Part shown: one piece after another, positions 26,323 through 39,254 of the stretch
How positions within the stretch are numbered: position 1 is the first letter of the stretch
How the letters are laid out: every line of letters begins with the position of its first letter
Assembly (NCBI RefSeq): GCF_018350175.1
Contig: NC_058371.1
Coordinates: 31,496,001-31,560,000, forward strand
From: Felis catus
Taxonomy: Eukaryota
DNA: 64,000 nucleotides
Reading direction: 5' to 3'
The notes under the pieces: generated by a model
What the model was told of the DNA's origin: nothing
The model's database searches: none
Seen by the model: the letters and a program-made list of their open reading frames with translations, nothing else
Translations under genes and position numbers: made by a program

Positions 26323-27263
26323 CACAAAAAATGCTTTTAAATCAAATGCTTTTAAATCTATCCAACGATAGAGAACAAAATAAAGCTGGAACACCAAAAT
26401 CTTTCTGTTTCTTGGGGATAGCTATCAGCCCAATGCCTGATCCCAAGCCCTGGGCCCCACCCCTGACACTGGGCACAGCATGTCCCCCAAATATCTGTCC
26501 ACCCCCTAGGGCATAGCTTTCCAACTGAACTCTCTTCTTGCCTCCACTACGGATTTGTTTGGCTTTTTGTCCCCCCGTGATTTTGCGGCTAATGAACCAG
26601 GGCAAGAAATAAATAAATAAGAAGAAAGACTCCCAGCTGAAAGGAAGAAGCAGGAGTTGTACAGGTCCAAGAAACAGCAGCTACCTGTCTCTGCCACGAC
26701 GGGCCAATAAAGGGATCAGGGACCAGCACTTTCATCTCTGAGGGGTCTGACACGGTCCCTTCATTTGATGTCACAAATGGGTCACTCACCGTGCCTGCAG
26801 AGAGGAGAGAGCTCAGCATTCTGCCCGGCCTCTCTCACCAGGCTCTGTGAGTGTTGCGTCCCATATGACTAAATCCCTCCTTAGGTGAAACACCCGCTGG
26901 GGAGGAATTTGTCACCAAGGCTGCCAGAAGAATGACCCCAGGCTGTGCGCGGGGAGAGATTCGAGCAGGTTCGGCAAGGAATGCGAACCTCCTTGCAGAG
27001 ACTGGAATGAATCCCCCGCGAGAAACAGAGGGGCCCGGGTGTTCACCAGCACGGGAACAACCGATTACAGAGCTGGCCTCGTCTGAAGTCCTGTTTTGGC
27101 TGAAAATTCAAATCTAGCAAGAGCTATTGACCTGACGGGCTGTTTCCTTGTGACATCTTTACATCTGTGGGGCGGAGCGTGTTGTCAAGAAAGGTAAGCC
27201 CCAAATCCTCCAGCAACTATTTGGAGAGGTGGGAAATGAAAAGTAAAAATTTCACGTTTTTGT

Positions 27264-27700
27264 GGGGCGCCTGGGTGGCGCAGTCGGTGAAGCGTCCGAC
27301 TTCAGCCAGGTCACGATCTCGCGGTCCGGGAGTTCGAGCCCCGCGTCGGGCTCTGGAGCCTGTTTCCGATTCTGTGTCTCCCTCTCTCTCTGCCCCTCCC
27401 CCGTTCATGCTCTGTCTCTCTCTGTCCCAAAAATAAATAAACATTGAAAAAAAAAATTTAAAGAAATAGACAACCAGGGCGCCTGGGTGGCGCAGTCGGT
27501 TAAGCGTCCGACTTCAGCCAGGTCACGATCTCACAGTCTGTGAGTTCGAGCCCCGCGTCAGGCTCTGGGCTGATGGCTCAGAGCCTGGAGCCTGTTTCCG
27601 ATTCTGTGTCTCCCTCTCTCTCTGCCCCTCCCCCATTCATGCTCTGTCTCTCTCTGTCCCAAAAATAAATAAACGTTGAAAAAAAAAATTAAAAAAAAAA
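27264..27700 (+). mobile_element. CAN-SINE dimer (monomers 27264-27456 and 27477-27700)
   Basis: Two young head-to-tail monomers within a single TSD AAAAATTTCAC(G/A)TTTTTGTG. Confidence 0.93.
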
Positions 27701-27899
27701 TTTCACATTTTTGTGCAAGAAGCCATTTTAGAGGGCTCCTTATATATAAACATATATATACAGTTGTTTTTCCTCCTCTGTTCAGAACACACTCCACTTC
27801 AGAGGCTCGAAGATCAAAACAAGCCTTGAACTCACCGAGTGGCAGCGAAGGGAGATAGCCCACCTGGAATCAGCAGGGATGTGACTGCACTCTTGGAGG

Positions 27900-28140
27900 A
27901 GAGATGAACAGCTCATCAACAGACAGACCAACCGATGGACAGGTAGGTAAACATCAGATTGCAGGATGGATTACAGATAATAGCTGTACCTAGATGCTCG
28001 ATAGGAGACTAGATAGTTGGATATACACACAGACAGATGATGACAAATCGCATATAGAGATAAGAGAGGAGATAAACAAGAGACAGAAAGACAGACAGGT
28101 ATAGAGATCAGACTGACAGATAACACGTAGATAGATAGAT
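27900..28140 (+). repeat. Degenerate (GATA/GACA)n low-complexity tract
   Basis: Repeated AGAT/AGAC units ending in TAGATAGATAGAT. Confidence 0.7.
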
Positions 28141-28965
28141 CCACTGATTCACACGTGTGCCGAAAGTGTCCCGATAACCATTTCCAAATACTATGGCACC
28201 AACAATCTCACTTACTTTGCACATAACCCCACAAAACAGGGCTGCATTGTCCCCACATTATAGACGTGGAAACTGCCATCTAGAACTAAGGTATCCCATG
28301 ATCACATGCAACAACAAGGGCTACAAAGGGAAACTAAACCGAGATCTTGGGCTCCTTGGAGCTGTCCCACCCCTGCCCTGTTGTGTTGCCCTCTGAAGCA
28401 AAGCCCTGCAAATTTCCCCCAGCTGAGAGACAGAGGCCGGGACAGAAAATCCGAATGGTTGCCTTAAGAGTCTATGATTCTATGTTATTATCAGGCTCTT
28501 TTGATTTTTCGCTCACAGTCTCCCCACAAGGAAGGATTCCAGTCCTGACCTATCATTAGAGGGAGATTAGGTCATAAACACTATTGATTCGACCTAAAGA
28601 CAGTAGGGTTTTCTCAGGGAAACCAGCACAGCAGGTGGCCCACAGGGCTGGGGACAGCAGTCAACATCCCAGCTCCACTCTGCCTTTGGTACTCCCCCCC
28701 ATTCACCCCTTGGCCTCATTCCTGCCCATCACTTCCCGCCCCACATCCTCCGAGTCCTAACCAGTGCCCTGTTAGGGCATTAGCCAAGTACAATCCTTCC
28801 AGGACACCAAGGACAACAACTGAAGGAGGAGGCCCTTCTTGGTGACACCAGCTGAGCACCACCCAGTTTCATAAGCTTCTGGAGGGCACCCACCAGAATC
28901 CACCCACCCCAGGGCATGACACTGCAATCCTCCTCCCCCTCCCTTCACAAAGAAGACAGGGTACA

Positions 28966-29170
28966 GGGGTGCCTGGGTGGCTCAGTCGATTGAGCATCTG
29001 ACTCTTGATTTCAGCTCAGGTCATGATCTCGAGGTTTGAGATCGAGGCCCACATCTGCAGTGTGGAGCCTGCCTGGGGTTCTCTCTCCCTCTTTCTGCCC
29101 TCCTCCACTTTCATGCATGCTCTCTCCCTCGCTCTCAAAATAAATAAATAAACTTAAAAAAAAAAAAAAA
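28966..29170 (+). mobile_element. CAN-SINE
   Basis: GGGGTGCCTGGGTGGCTCAG head. TSD AAGA(A/G)GACAGG(G/A)TACAG. Confidence 0.92.
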
Positions 29171-29846
29171 GAGGACAGGATACAGAAGAGAACAGAGTGC
29201 AGAGGGCACCTCTAGCTTTTAGAAAACTCTGGCAGACATTCATTCCGTTTCAGCCGAAACCAACTGTTGGAGCGGGCACCCAGATCCATAGCTCTTAACC
29301 TTGGCCATCACCCGGAAGCTTTAAAAACTACTACTGCCCAGGCCACCGAGAGCAATTAAGTCAGAAGCTCTGGTCTCTGTAGCCTGTGAAAACTCCCCCA
29401 GGGGATTCTAGGGTGCAATCGAGGTGTGGAACTACCGCCCTGGCTCAGAGAAACAAAATTCCCTTCCCTGTGTAGGCAGCCTCAGCCACAGAGACCCAAC
29501 CCCCCACCGCATCCTCTCTATCATTAGGGGAACATTTAGTCACATTCAAAGAAAGCTGCCTCCCAAGTGGGTTAACCAGAAAGAACTCTAATTTCTACTC
29601 ACTGTGATTCCCCTTTATCATTACCATGGCAGTTAAGAGGGACTAAAAGCAAGGCATTTGGGTAAATGGCTTCACCCAACAAGAGCAGAAAGTCAGAGGC
29701 AGAGCTCTCAAAACCCAAGGAAAGACAATCATTTTTCCAAGAAGAAATAGAGATGGCTTCTCAAAGACGAAAAAGGGAGAAAGAAGCCGAGCAGTGATCT
29801 GGGGCCAGAACTATGAATGGTAGGTAGGAAAATGTGGACACCTTGG

Positions 29847-29914
29847 AGAGAGAGAAGAGAGAGAGATCGGGGTCCTGTGCCGAAGTCAGATGCTTAACTG
29901 ACCGAGCCACCCCC
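29847..29914 (-). mobile_element. Collapsed mini CAN-SINE remnant
   Basis: CCGAAGTCAGATGCTTAACTGACCGAGCCACCC plus a GA tract, between direct repeats TGGACACCTTGG. Confidence 0.75.
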
Positions 29915-32900
29915 ACAAAAAATGGACACCTTGGCCACCCTAAGATGGTCATTTTTCCCTGTAAAACACTGTGTATCACTAATTTTTCAAACAGGGGACA
30001 GAAGAGTGTTTACCCATTACGGGCTCTAGTGAAAAGCAAAGCAAACCAGTGCAAACCCAAGCAGGGGAAGGGACACGGGTAGTACTTTGTCCCAGTCCTC
30101 GTCTTGAACAGAAGGAGGCACGTTACCCAAAACCACCCAAAACTCACAGTGCGGTTAGTTTTCTTAAATGACTAAGTGGGTACGTCCCTTCTTACTAAAC
30201 GTCTTTGCCCCCCCCCCCCGACGACTTAGCGTGGAAGCAGTGGGGAAGGCAGGGATGGAATGGGGTGCTTTCCCAGCTGGGCTCCCCCAAGCCCTACTAG
30301 AACTCCCCAGAGGCAGAGGGGCTCTCAAGGTGGGGAGCACAGTGAGAAAGGGGAGCATGGGCCTGGGCTCTCCCCCAGCCCACTGATCCAGCCAGAGCAG
30401 CTCTGCCCTCATCAGCCTTATCTGTCAGGTGGTCGGGGGAGGGAGGAGGGAGGACCGTCCATGTAGGATTTCACATGAGAAGAGTGGTCCCAGGACAACA
30501 ATGTTAAGCCATCAAGGTAGAAGGAGGGATGTGGTCCAGGTTTTGGCCCAGACTCATTCAAATCTTTATCGGGCAGCTTCCACATATGCCAGGGGCCGTA
30601 AACAAAGGGATAGGGCACGAGCTATGCCCTCCGGAAGTTTCTGCCCAGCTTCCTGAGCCAGAACACAGAGCAAGCACGTCCTTGGACTTGTATGTGTCCT
30701 GCAGGGTCTTATTTAGCCACATGGAACCCCGAGACTGCGGGATGCTGACCACTGAAGCCCATCCCTCACATCCGAAGACTGGGAAGACCTTGCTGGGGCC
30801 CAACATTCCCACTGCCCCCCCTACCACGCCTGGCTCTAGCTGTCATCGTGGGCAACAGGACCGACCGGAAGTTCCCAACAATCGAAACATCCCGCTCTAG
30901 GGGAAGGCAGAGAGTAGGCTCTGGGAGCATCCGGGTACTGAGACGCCCTGAACTCTGCGTACAGCACCCACGGGCAGGGCCAGGACTGCATCAGGGAGGA
31001 TAGGACGCCTTCCTAAAAGACGAAGGCCCACCCCCTAGGTGGCCGGGGGTGATTTCCAAATTTTAACTGCCAGCTCTGAGAGCCAGAGGCCAGCAAGAAC
31101 CCCCGAGTAGATTAAGACACCTGCCACAATGTCCATGGCATAGGGCCTAGGCCCCCAAACAGGAACGTCCCTGCTTCTGGAGGGGCCTCACCCGAAATGC
31201 CACAGGGCTATGAGGCTGGCTGGTGGAGCCCGACCCAACGGCCTCCTCCACAAGAACGGCATTTAGTAAAGTGTGTGTGCGGGCCTTCAGGAAGAGCTGT
31301 GCTACTTCTCAGGATGCTTCGTCTGTTCCACTCCCTCCCCCCCATTCTGCTCGGCAGCAGGTATTAGGTGATCGGCCCAAAATACTGCAGGGAGTAGACG
31401 GATTCTTCCAATCCGGCCATTCGTGGCTGCGATCCGCGTGCCCCCCACCTGGGCAGGCCCAGTCCCATGTCCTTAGGCGAAATGTGTGACCTCGCCCACG
31501 TGGGCCCGGGGAGACGCAAGCAGCGGACAGGAAGAGCCTGCGCTGACAGCCCATCGGCTAACGTGGCTTTCTAATCGCCAGGCCACGGGCCGATTCTGTG
31601 GCCACGACTTCGGTCCTGGACTTTGAAACTTTAGTCTGATGTGGTCGGCCTTTTTTGTAAACACTTTCTAACCCGAGTCAAATGAATGATGCAAAGGGAA
31701 TAATCAAAGTATCAATTACAGACAATTCATATTATAGTGTGTGTGTGTTCACACATGTGTACTCATCAGAAGCAGGGAGCAAACCCAAATGCCACATGGA
31801 TGAAAAAATGACAAGCAGTGGATGTACCACAGTGACACTCGGAGCCACGTCTCCTGAGGAAAGCCCGGCCAGCAGGGCCGTGGGAAGCCACTTCGCCTTC
31901 ATGTCAGGCCTCCTGCCTCCACAGGCAAGACTCTCCAGAAAACGCTGGGACGTGCCCAGGGGGTGTCGGGGAGTGATCGCTGAGTCTGCCACAGTGCTCA
32001 GGGCTACTCCTCAAACAGACCTGACCCTGTGCGCTGCGGCCAAGCCCTCTCACAGCAGGACCACATGAGATGCGACCCCCCCCCCTCCTGAAAGAACAAT
32101 CCAGGTGGAGGGGGAAGGGGGGCCGTCCCTGATCACATGGACCCTGATCTCTCCTCTCCTGCCTCCCTCCCCCAACTGCCGTAATGGCTGACCGTGGGGC
32201 TAGGGCAGCAGGCACAGGGGCGCCGCTGAAGAGACGGCTGCTTCGGTCAAAATGACCACAGAGGACATCAGACATGTTGACCCGGCCCCAGGATTCCCAG
32301 TCCTCTGGCACCAGGCTCAGATGAAGCAGGAAACCAAGTGCTGTTAGCATCCCCATTCATTCAATCATTCACTCATTCATTCAACTGGAAGTATTAATGA
32401 AGCACCCCTCAGGTGCTTCTGCTGGGTGGGTGGGGAATACCAAAATGAAAGAGGCAGGAGCCTTGATCACATTATCACACATGATGGATGTCATAAGGGC
32501 CCTGGGATAAAAACCCCATGTTTGCCAAGGCATAAAGAAGCAGCAATAGATTACAGGGAAGGGGGCTGAGCAGGGGCTCCGGGACAGAGGTGACACCTAG
32601 CTGGGCCTCAAAGAGTAATAAAGATTCCCGGAGGCAAAGAGAAGAAGGTAAGGGCATCCCCTGGCTAAGGTGACAACATCTGGGTCCAGACTGGGGCAGC
32701 AGGACTGGGTCACGGCATGGAACGTTCTGCTGCTTGAGCTGCATCCTCTGGGCAAAAGGAAGCCCCTGAGGGCTGCAAGGGAGGGAGAGGGCATGATCAT
32801 CGCCGTGTCAGAGAAAGTGCCCGTGGTGCAAGGAGATGTGCACGCTGCAGAGACAGGATCCCTGCAGAGACAGGATCCCGGAGGCAGTGAGACTCCTCCG

Positions 32901-35900
32901 AAGGCGGGGGCACAAATCCAGTACAGACAACAAAGGTATGAATTAGTGGCAGTGATGGAATGGATGCAAGAGATAAGGGACAGACAAAATTCACTCAACG
33001 CAGCACAGGGTGACTTTGTGAATTCAGGCCAGAATCACTGTGACTGCGGCCCTCGCTGGGGTTGGGCGCCGGAAGAGAGGCAGGACAATGAGAGGCGAGG
33101 GTAAGGATGCCTGGAGACAGCTGGATGGAGGTGCCTGAGGCACATCCAAGGAGCCCCATCTAGAAGGTGACAAGTGCAGAGCTCAGAGAGAGGCCTCTTC
33201 CAGGCCTGCACCTTCTCTGTGCTCAAGTCCCATCCTGATCTCTGCGGTGCAGGGTGTTGCACTGGGGCTCCACCCCTCCAGGGAAAGCCTGAGGTTCAGG
33301 TTAGCAGAAATGACAGTCAGGCTCTTTTCCCTGCACTGTGGGTCCTGGTCCTTAGACATCTGGAGTCCAGAGATCTGGCCTGGACCCCGGAGATCCATGC
33401 TTTCGAACAGCTCAAGTGCATGTGACAATCCGGATTCAAATACAGGTTCACAGGTCCCACCAGCACGCTCTCTGCTTAGATATGTTGGGTGGGGACCAGG
33501 AAGCTGAATGTCTGAAATGCATGCAGGTGACACCAGGGTCCACAACCTGTCGGCCGTGCTTGGGGAACCCCTGTGCCCTCCTGCAGCTGCAGTCTCTTCT
33601 CTCTGGCTCTCTTACAAAAGTAGCGATCGGGAAGGGGTCTCTACAGAGATGAGAGGCTGCTGGCACCTAATACAGATGGAAAAAAAGTAACTTAACCCCA
33701 CCTGAGTGCTTACTATGGGCCAGGCACTCTTCTCATGTCTCCAAGTCAATCTGTGTAACAACTTTCCCCATTTTGCAGATGAGGCCACTGAGGCCTTAAG
33801 TCACACAGCTGGCAGGTGGGGAAGCCAGCCCCGCAGATGTGTTTTCCACACCGGCCACGAACACCAACACACAGGATAAGCATCAGCAAGTAATGCCCTT
33901 CTCTCTGGCCCCGGACTTTCCCTCTATAAAACGGAGGTAACCATTCCCATCTGCTTCTCTCTGGTTAAGATGCTGGAGTCTTAACTCTGATGATCGTAAC
34001 GCTCTCGGGAAACCAGTAGCATTTTCCCCAGGGAGCAACTCTGCCACCTCTGTGACCCCTCGGCTGGTCTGGATGCCGCGTGCAGGGCCTGTCTGGAGGC
34101 TCCGCCCACCCACCACTGGATGGAAAGGGCAAAGGGCGTTCCGTCTGCCCTGCACTGGGGGCCCCTTAACAAAGCTCCCGTTGTGCCATTCTCAATGGGA
34201 GGCTCTGTTGGATGGCAATAATATTATTTTCTGCTGCTGACGTGTCACCTCCCTTTTTAAACTTGGACTACTCGGCTACATTTTCCACCTTGGGCCGTGC
34301 CATTTCAGACAGACCTGGGAAGGGCACTGCAAAGGGCACGTGCAGGTGACAGGCTTATAGAAACTCAGAGAGATGGCAGGAAGGGGTGTGGGCAGTGGTG
34401 CACCGGTTACTTCAAGGGCTTGCTTCTGCAAGTTTCACTTGAATCTCCTCCAGGGTCCTAAGCATTTTTTTTTTTTTTTTTTTTTTGGCCTCGAAACTCC
34501 TTGAGGGAGCTACAATTTCCTTGAAGGAGCAGGCCGTAGGTACCAACGAAGTCACATTAAGCTAGCTCTCCCTCTTTGCAAAACTCTGTGTCTGTAAAGC
34601 GTGCTTTTCTGAAGCAATGCCGAAATGTGTTCACCAGCAAGCAGAAGAAATCCCGATTTCCTCATCTGTATCATTCCCACTTGCTTCCCGAGGGAAGCGC
34701 AGGCCAGTGGGAATTCTATAGAGGTCAGTAACCACGGGTGGTTATTTGCAAGGGCAGTTAATATTCTTCTCAGGGCTTTAAAAGCAGTGGAGTTTGGGGT
34801 GTGACAATTCTGACCACATCCCTGCCACCTCTGATTACTTTTCTTCCTTGGGGTTTGCTCATTAAATCCCTCTGCTTTTTAGCCTCTTAGCCTTACTACT
34901 GCATCACAAACCCTACACTGAAATACGATCACATTCTGCCCGGATGTGTAGGGCAGGCAGCCTGACTTCTCCTTCACCCTTATCTGCCATAAGGCCATCT
35001 GCTGACTGTTCCCGGCCCCCGGACCAGGTGCAGGCCTTGTGGATCTGTCCCTTGTCCCTGCTCAGGAGCCCACGTGGAAGGAAGGGAAGGAAGCCCACTG
35101 CTGCTGAGGAAGAAGGTCAAAGAGAAAGTCAGGGCATCGGCAGGAAGGCATATGCCCTCGTGGTGAAGGCAGTCGGGGGGGGGGGGGCGGCGTGAAAGCA
35201 GGGAAGGGACAAGACACAGAATGGGGGGCCAAAGAATGGGTCAAGTGCAAGGAGTGAAAGGCACATTCAGGGAGGTAGGAGACAAGAAAACAGAATGGTG
35301 GTGTCTTTCAAGTAAGTCTGAGAGAAGACAGGGCTTTATGCATCTGCTGAGCGAAGTGCACTTGATCACAGGCAAACGGTCTCTGAGCTCGGTGAGTCAC
35401 CAAATGTGGGGGCTGAAAGGGACATGCAGGGTCAGCTCGTGCAGATCCTTCATCGTGCAGATGAGCAGGCCCGCGAAGTGAGGGGACCTGCCCACAGTCG
35501 CACAGCGAGTCAGTGCCGGAGGGAGACCACAATGGCAGACTCCTGGTTGGCGGCATTTCCACCACAGGGGGCTCCCGCCCAGCAATCCCTCCACTGAGAG
35601 ACAGCACTGACCACTCACTCGGGAAAGATTATTTGTGGCTTATTAATACCCGGTGAGCAACGCGGGGGCCCACAAGGACCTCGTATGAACTCAAACAGAG
35701 GCAGATTATAGCCTTGACTTGGCCTTGCAGGCTGTCACCCAAGCAGTCGGGGCTTCTCGAAACTCCCATGTGGCTCTGCAGCTGGCCCTGGAGAAGGGGC
35801 AGCCAGGCCCACTGGTGCCAGCTGAGTCCTAGCAGACACGACTGACAAAATGGCAGCCTCTTCCAGTAGGTCAGGGCACTGAGCTGTGGGTGGAGGATCC

Positions 35901-37186
35901 CCGCCCCCCACGCCCTTGAGAATGGCTCCCACTAGGTTAGAAGGTGAGGTGCGCAGCAAGAGCGAAGTAATAAGGCTTCAACCTGCAGGCTCTACGATTC
36001 GAAAGCTGAACCAGAAGACAGTGGTCGCTGATCCTTGAGACACTCTGAAGACCAGGACCGAGAGAGAAGACCAAGAAAGTGCAATTTAAAACGTAGGGGC
36101 GCTCAGACTAGGAGGGGACAGCAGGGCAATGTTCGCCCAAGTGGCAGAATAGAAAAAAGGAAGCTGAGAGACGGACTGTGAAGTTACAAGGAACAAAGAC
36201 CGTCGTTCTGAAAAATAAGCAGGAACATAGGTTTTTCTAAAGCATAAAATAGCTAAGTTCTTTCTACTTTGACCCTCTTCTGAACTGAACTGTAAGTTTT
36301 GAAGATGGATTATATATTTCCTTTCGCTCTTGGATAAACGGTTTTTGGTTTGTTTGGTTTTTTTTTTACATATGTGTCTGATGGGCCATGGTGGAGCTTA
36401 CCCCCCTCTTCAAAACCAAAATAGCATCTGTCACAGGGGCATCATTAGGCACATTGGAAGCCGACCTTATACAAGCTAACTTCGAACACGCATGCTATGA
36501 CTCCAGGAAATATACTTCAGATTTTGCCGAACAAAAAGCACAAATTCCTTGGAGCAATGCACGAAGGACATCTGCTGTTGGGTGGCAGCAAGTTTCCTAC
36601 ATAAATGACAATTAACAATATCTGTGGGTCGCTCTCGAAGGAGGGCTGCCCCATTCCATTTACGTCAAGCCCAGGCCAGGAAATATTCCCCCCACTTGAT
36701 TTTCTTAGCAGTGGAACGAATACAGGTTCCTGCTTCCACACTTCATTTGCAGCACCCCGTCGTCACTCCAAGAAGATGCAGCCTCAGGAACTGTTTAAAA
36801 GCCAAAATCAAATACTTATGAGCAAAAAGGCTCAAAACGGACAGCTCTGACGATGACCCCAAATGCAATGTGTTTAAAGCAAAACCACCATCAAATCACA
36901 TTTTCAGAGCCAGGAAGACAAAAGTTCAAGCCGAGAAAGCAAGAGGCCGTTCCTTTTATCCTACCCCAGTTCTCTAGCACCGTATTCTCAAGTTCAAATG
37001 GACACGTCAGAGTTGGACGGAAAACGAGGACAAGGAAACAAGACGAATGGCTGGCCCGCCCCCTCCCCCTTATGTGGGAAAGCAATCCACTGCTCAGTCC
37101 AGCAACTATTAGAAGGAAAGAATCGAAACAACACAGACGCGTTTTCAAATGATAATGGTGCCCAAGCTCTGAGACGATTATTTTTA

Positions 37187-37537
<351 letters not shown>

Positions 37538-37787
37538 TCACTACCCCAACTAAGAGGCAAACAGAATTTAAATAAAGCACCAGGACATGCTGATGGAAGA
37601 GGTTTAGTTGCCAGAAAACCCTTAAGATCAAATGATTACAAGGCCCCCAAGACATTTACCTAAAATGCCACAACACTTTCTCCGTAACATACAGTTGAAC
37701 TAATTCAATTGTATAGCAATTTTCTCCAGACCTGGTTGCACTTTACATTTATTTTCCACACTGAGAAAACAGTAGTGGAAAGACAGT

Positions 37788-37956
37788 NNNNNNNNNNNNN
37801 NNNNNNNNNNNNNNNNNNNNNNNNNNNNNNNNNNNNNNNNNNNNNNNNNNNNNNNNNNNNNNNNNNNNNNNNNNNNNNNNNNNNNNNNNNNNNNNNNNNN
37901 NNNNNNNNNNNNNNNNNNNNNNNNNNNNNNNNNNNNNNNNNNNNNNNNNNNNNNNN
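37788..37956. other. Assembly gap (169 N) in intron 2
   Basis: Run of N. Confidence 1.
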
Positions 37957-39131
37957 ACAACTATTTAAAAATCTGGAAGCATGTGCTCAGCAACTCAGAT
38001 ACTAAGGATGGAAAAATTAATATTCCGTTGAGGGTCATGGATTCATTTCCAATTTTCAAAAACACTTTTGCTACATCTTTCTAGCAGCTTTTTTCAGAAG
38101 GAAAAAGTAATCAAGGAGTTGATAAAACTTCTAAAACAAATTAGGGTGGACTAAAAATAGCATACAGGCATGCTCACTTCTAGGCCAGTATCAGGCTGGC
38201 TTCTAATTGGGGGGGGCGGGGGGAACGGAACATGAAAGTCATGGTATTTGAGAGCCTCGAGCAGAGAATGTCACAAACACACATGGAGAAAACATTAAAT
38301 GTGGAAATGTTAAAACCTAGTTTAGGTTCATAAATCAAGGCGTGAGTTTCCAGGCAACAGACCCATCCACTCCAGTTTTCCACTCCTCCAGACTGGTTTG
38401 GTGCTAGCCTTGATGAATGCTGCTTATTTAAAAGATGTCATTTGCTACAGTGTTTGTCTTTAAACAGATGTGCTATTTCTCCCAGGGCCCTGTGAGTGCT
38501 CCCAGTCAGGAGGGCAGGAAGATACTGGTGTGTACTCAGCTCACTTAACCCTCTGTTGTTTCTCTTTTGTAACACAATACACAATAAACACAAGGGCACT
38601 CTTATTTGCGTTTGTTGCCACTTAAAGAATGAAACCTAAAATTCCCTGCGGATGAGGCAGTACTTTGTCTGTTACTTGGTAATTCATTTGGTGTCCTTTG
38701 GCCTCAGCAACTTGGATGCTTAATTAAGACAGCAGATGTGTTATCTAGATAGAAGAGGCTGGATGCCAAGTTTATGCCTTAGATTGGGCAATCTACCCAA
38801 ACAACTATATTCTAGGAAAACCTTTAATATACTCAATAGATCATAAACCAAGAATTTAAACTGGCAACAAGAAGATATTGTGTCACCTCAGTTAAAATAG
38901 TCAATTACCTAACACATAAGGAAATGGGTGTGCATTTAATTGTGCCTTTGAATTCCCCAAATCTGAGTTTTCAAAATTCACTAGTTGCCACCAATCAAAA
39001 TAAGCTTAAACATATCCTAAGTGAGGCAGTGTGTGAAGTCACTCAAGTTTGATGTCATGTGTGTGAACTGTAGGTCATGTCTGGGAATACTGGAAGGTAG
39101 ACAAATTCGTCTCTATAATGAGTGACACTTA

Positions 39132-39254
<123 letters not shown>

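Noticed and set aside
26690-26800. Peptide repeat GTVSDP twice in ORF 26589..26819
   Set aside because: Short degenerate duplication with no exon signals or other support.
37700-38005. ORFs containing X runs
   Set aside because: Artefacts of the assembly gap.
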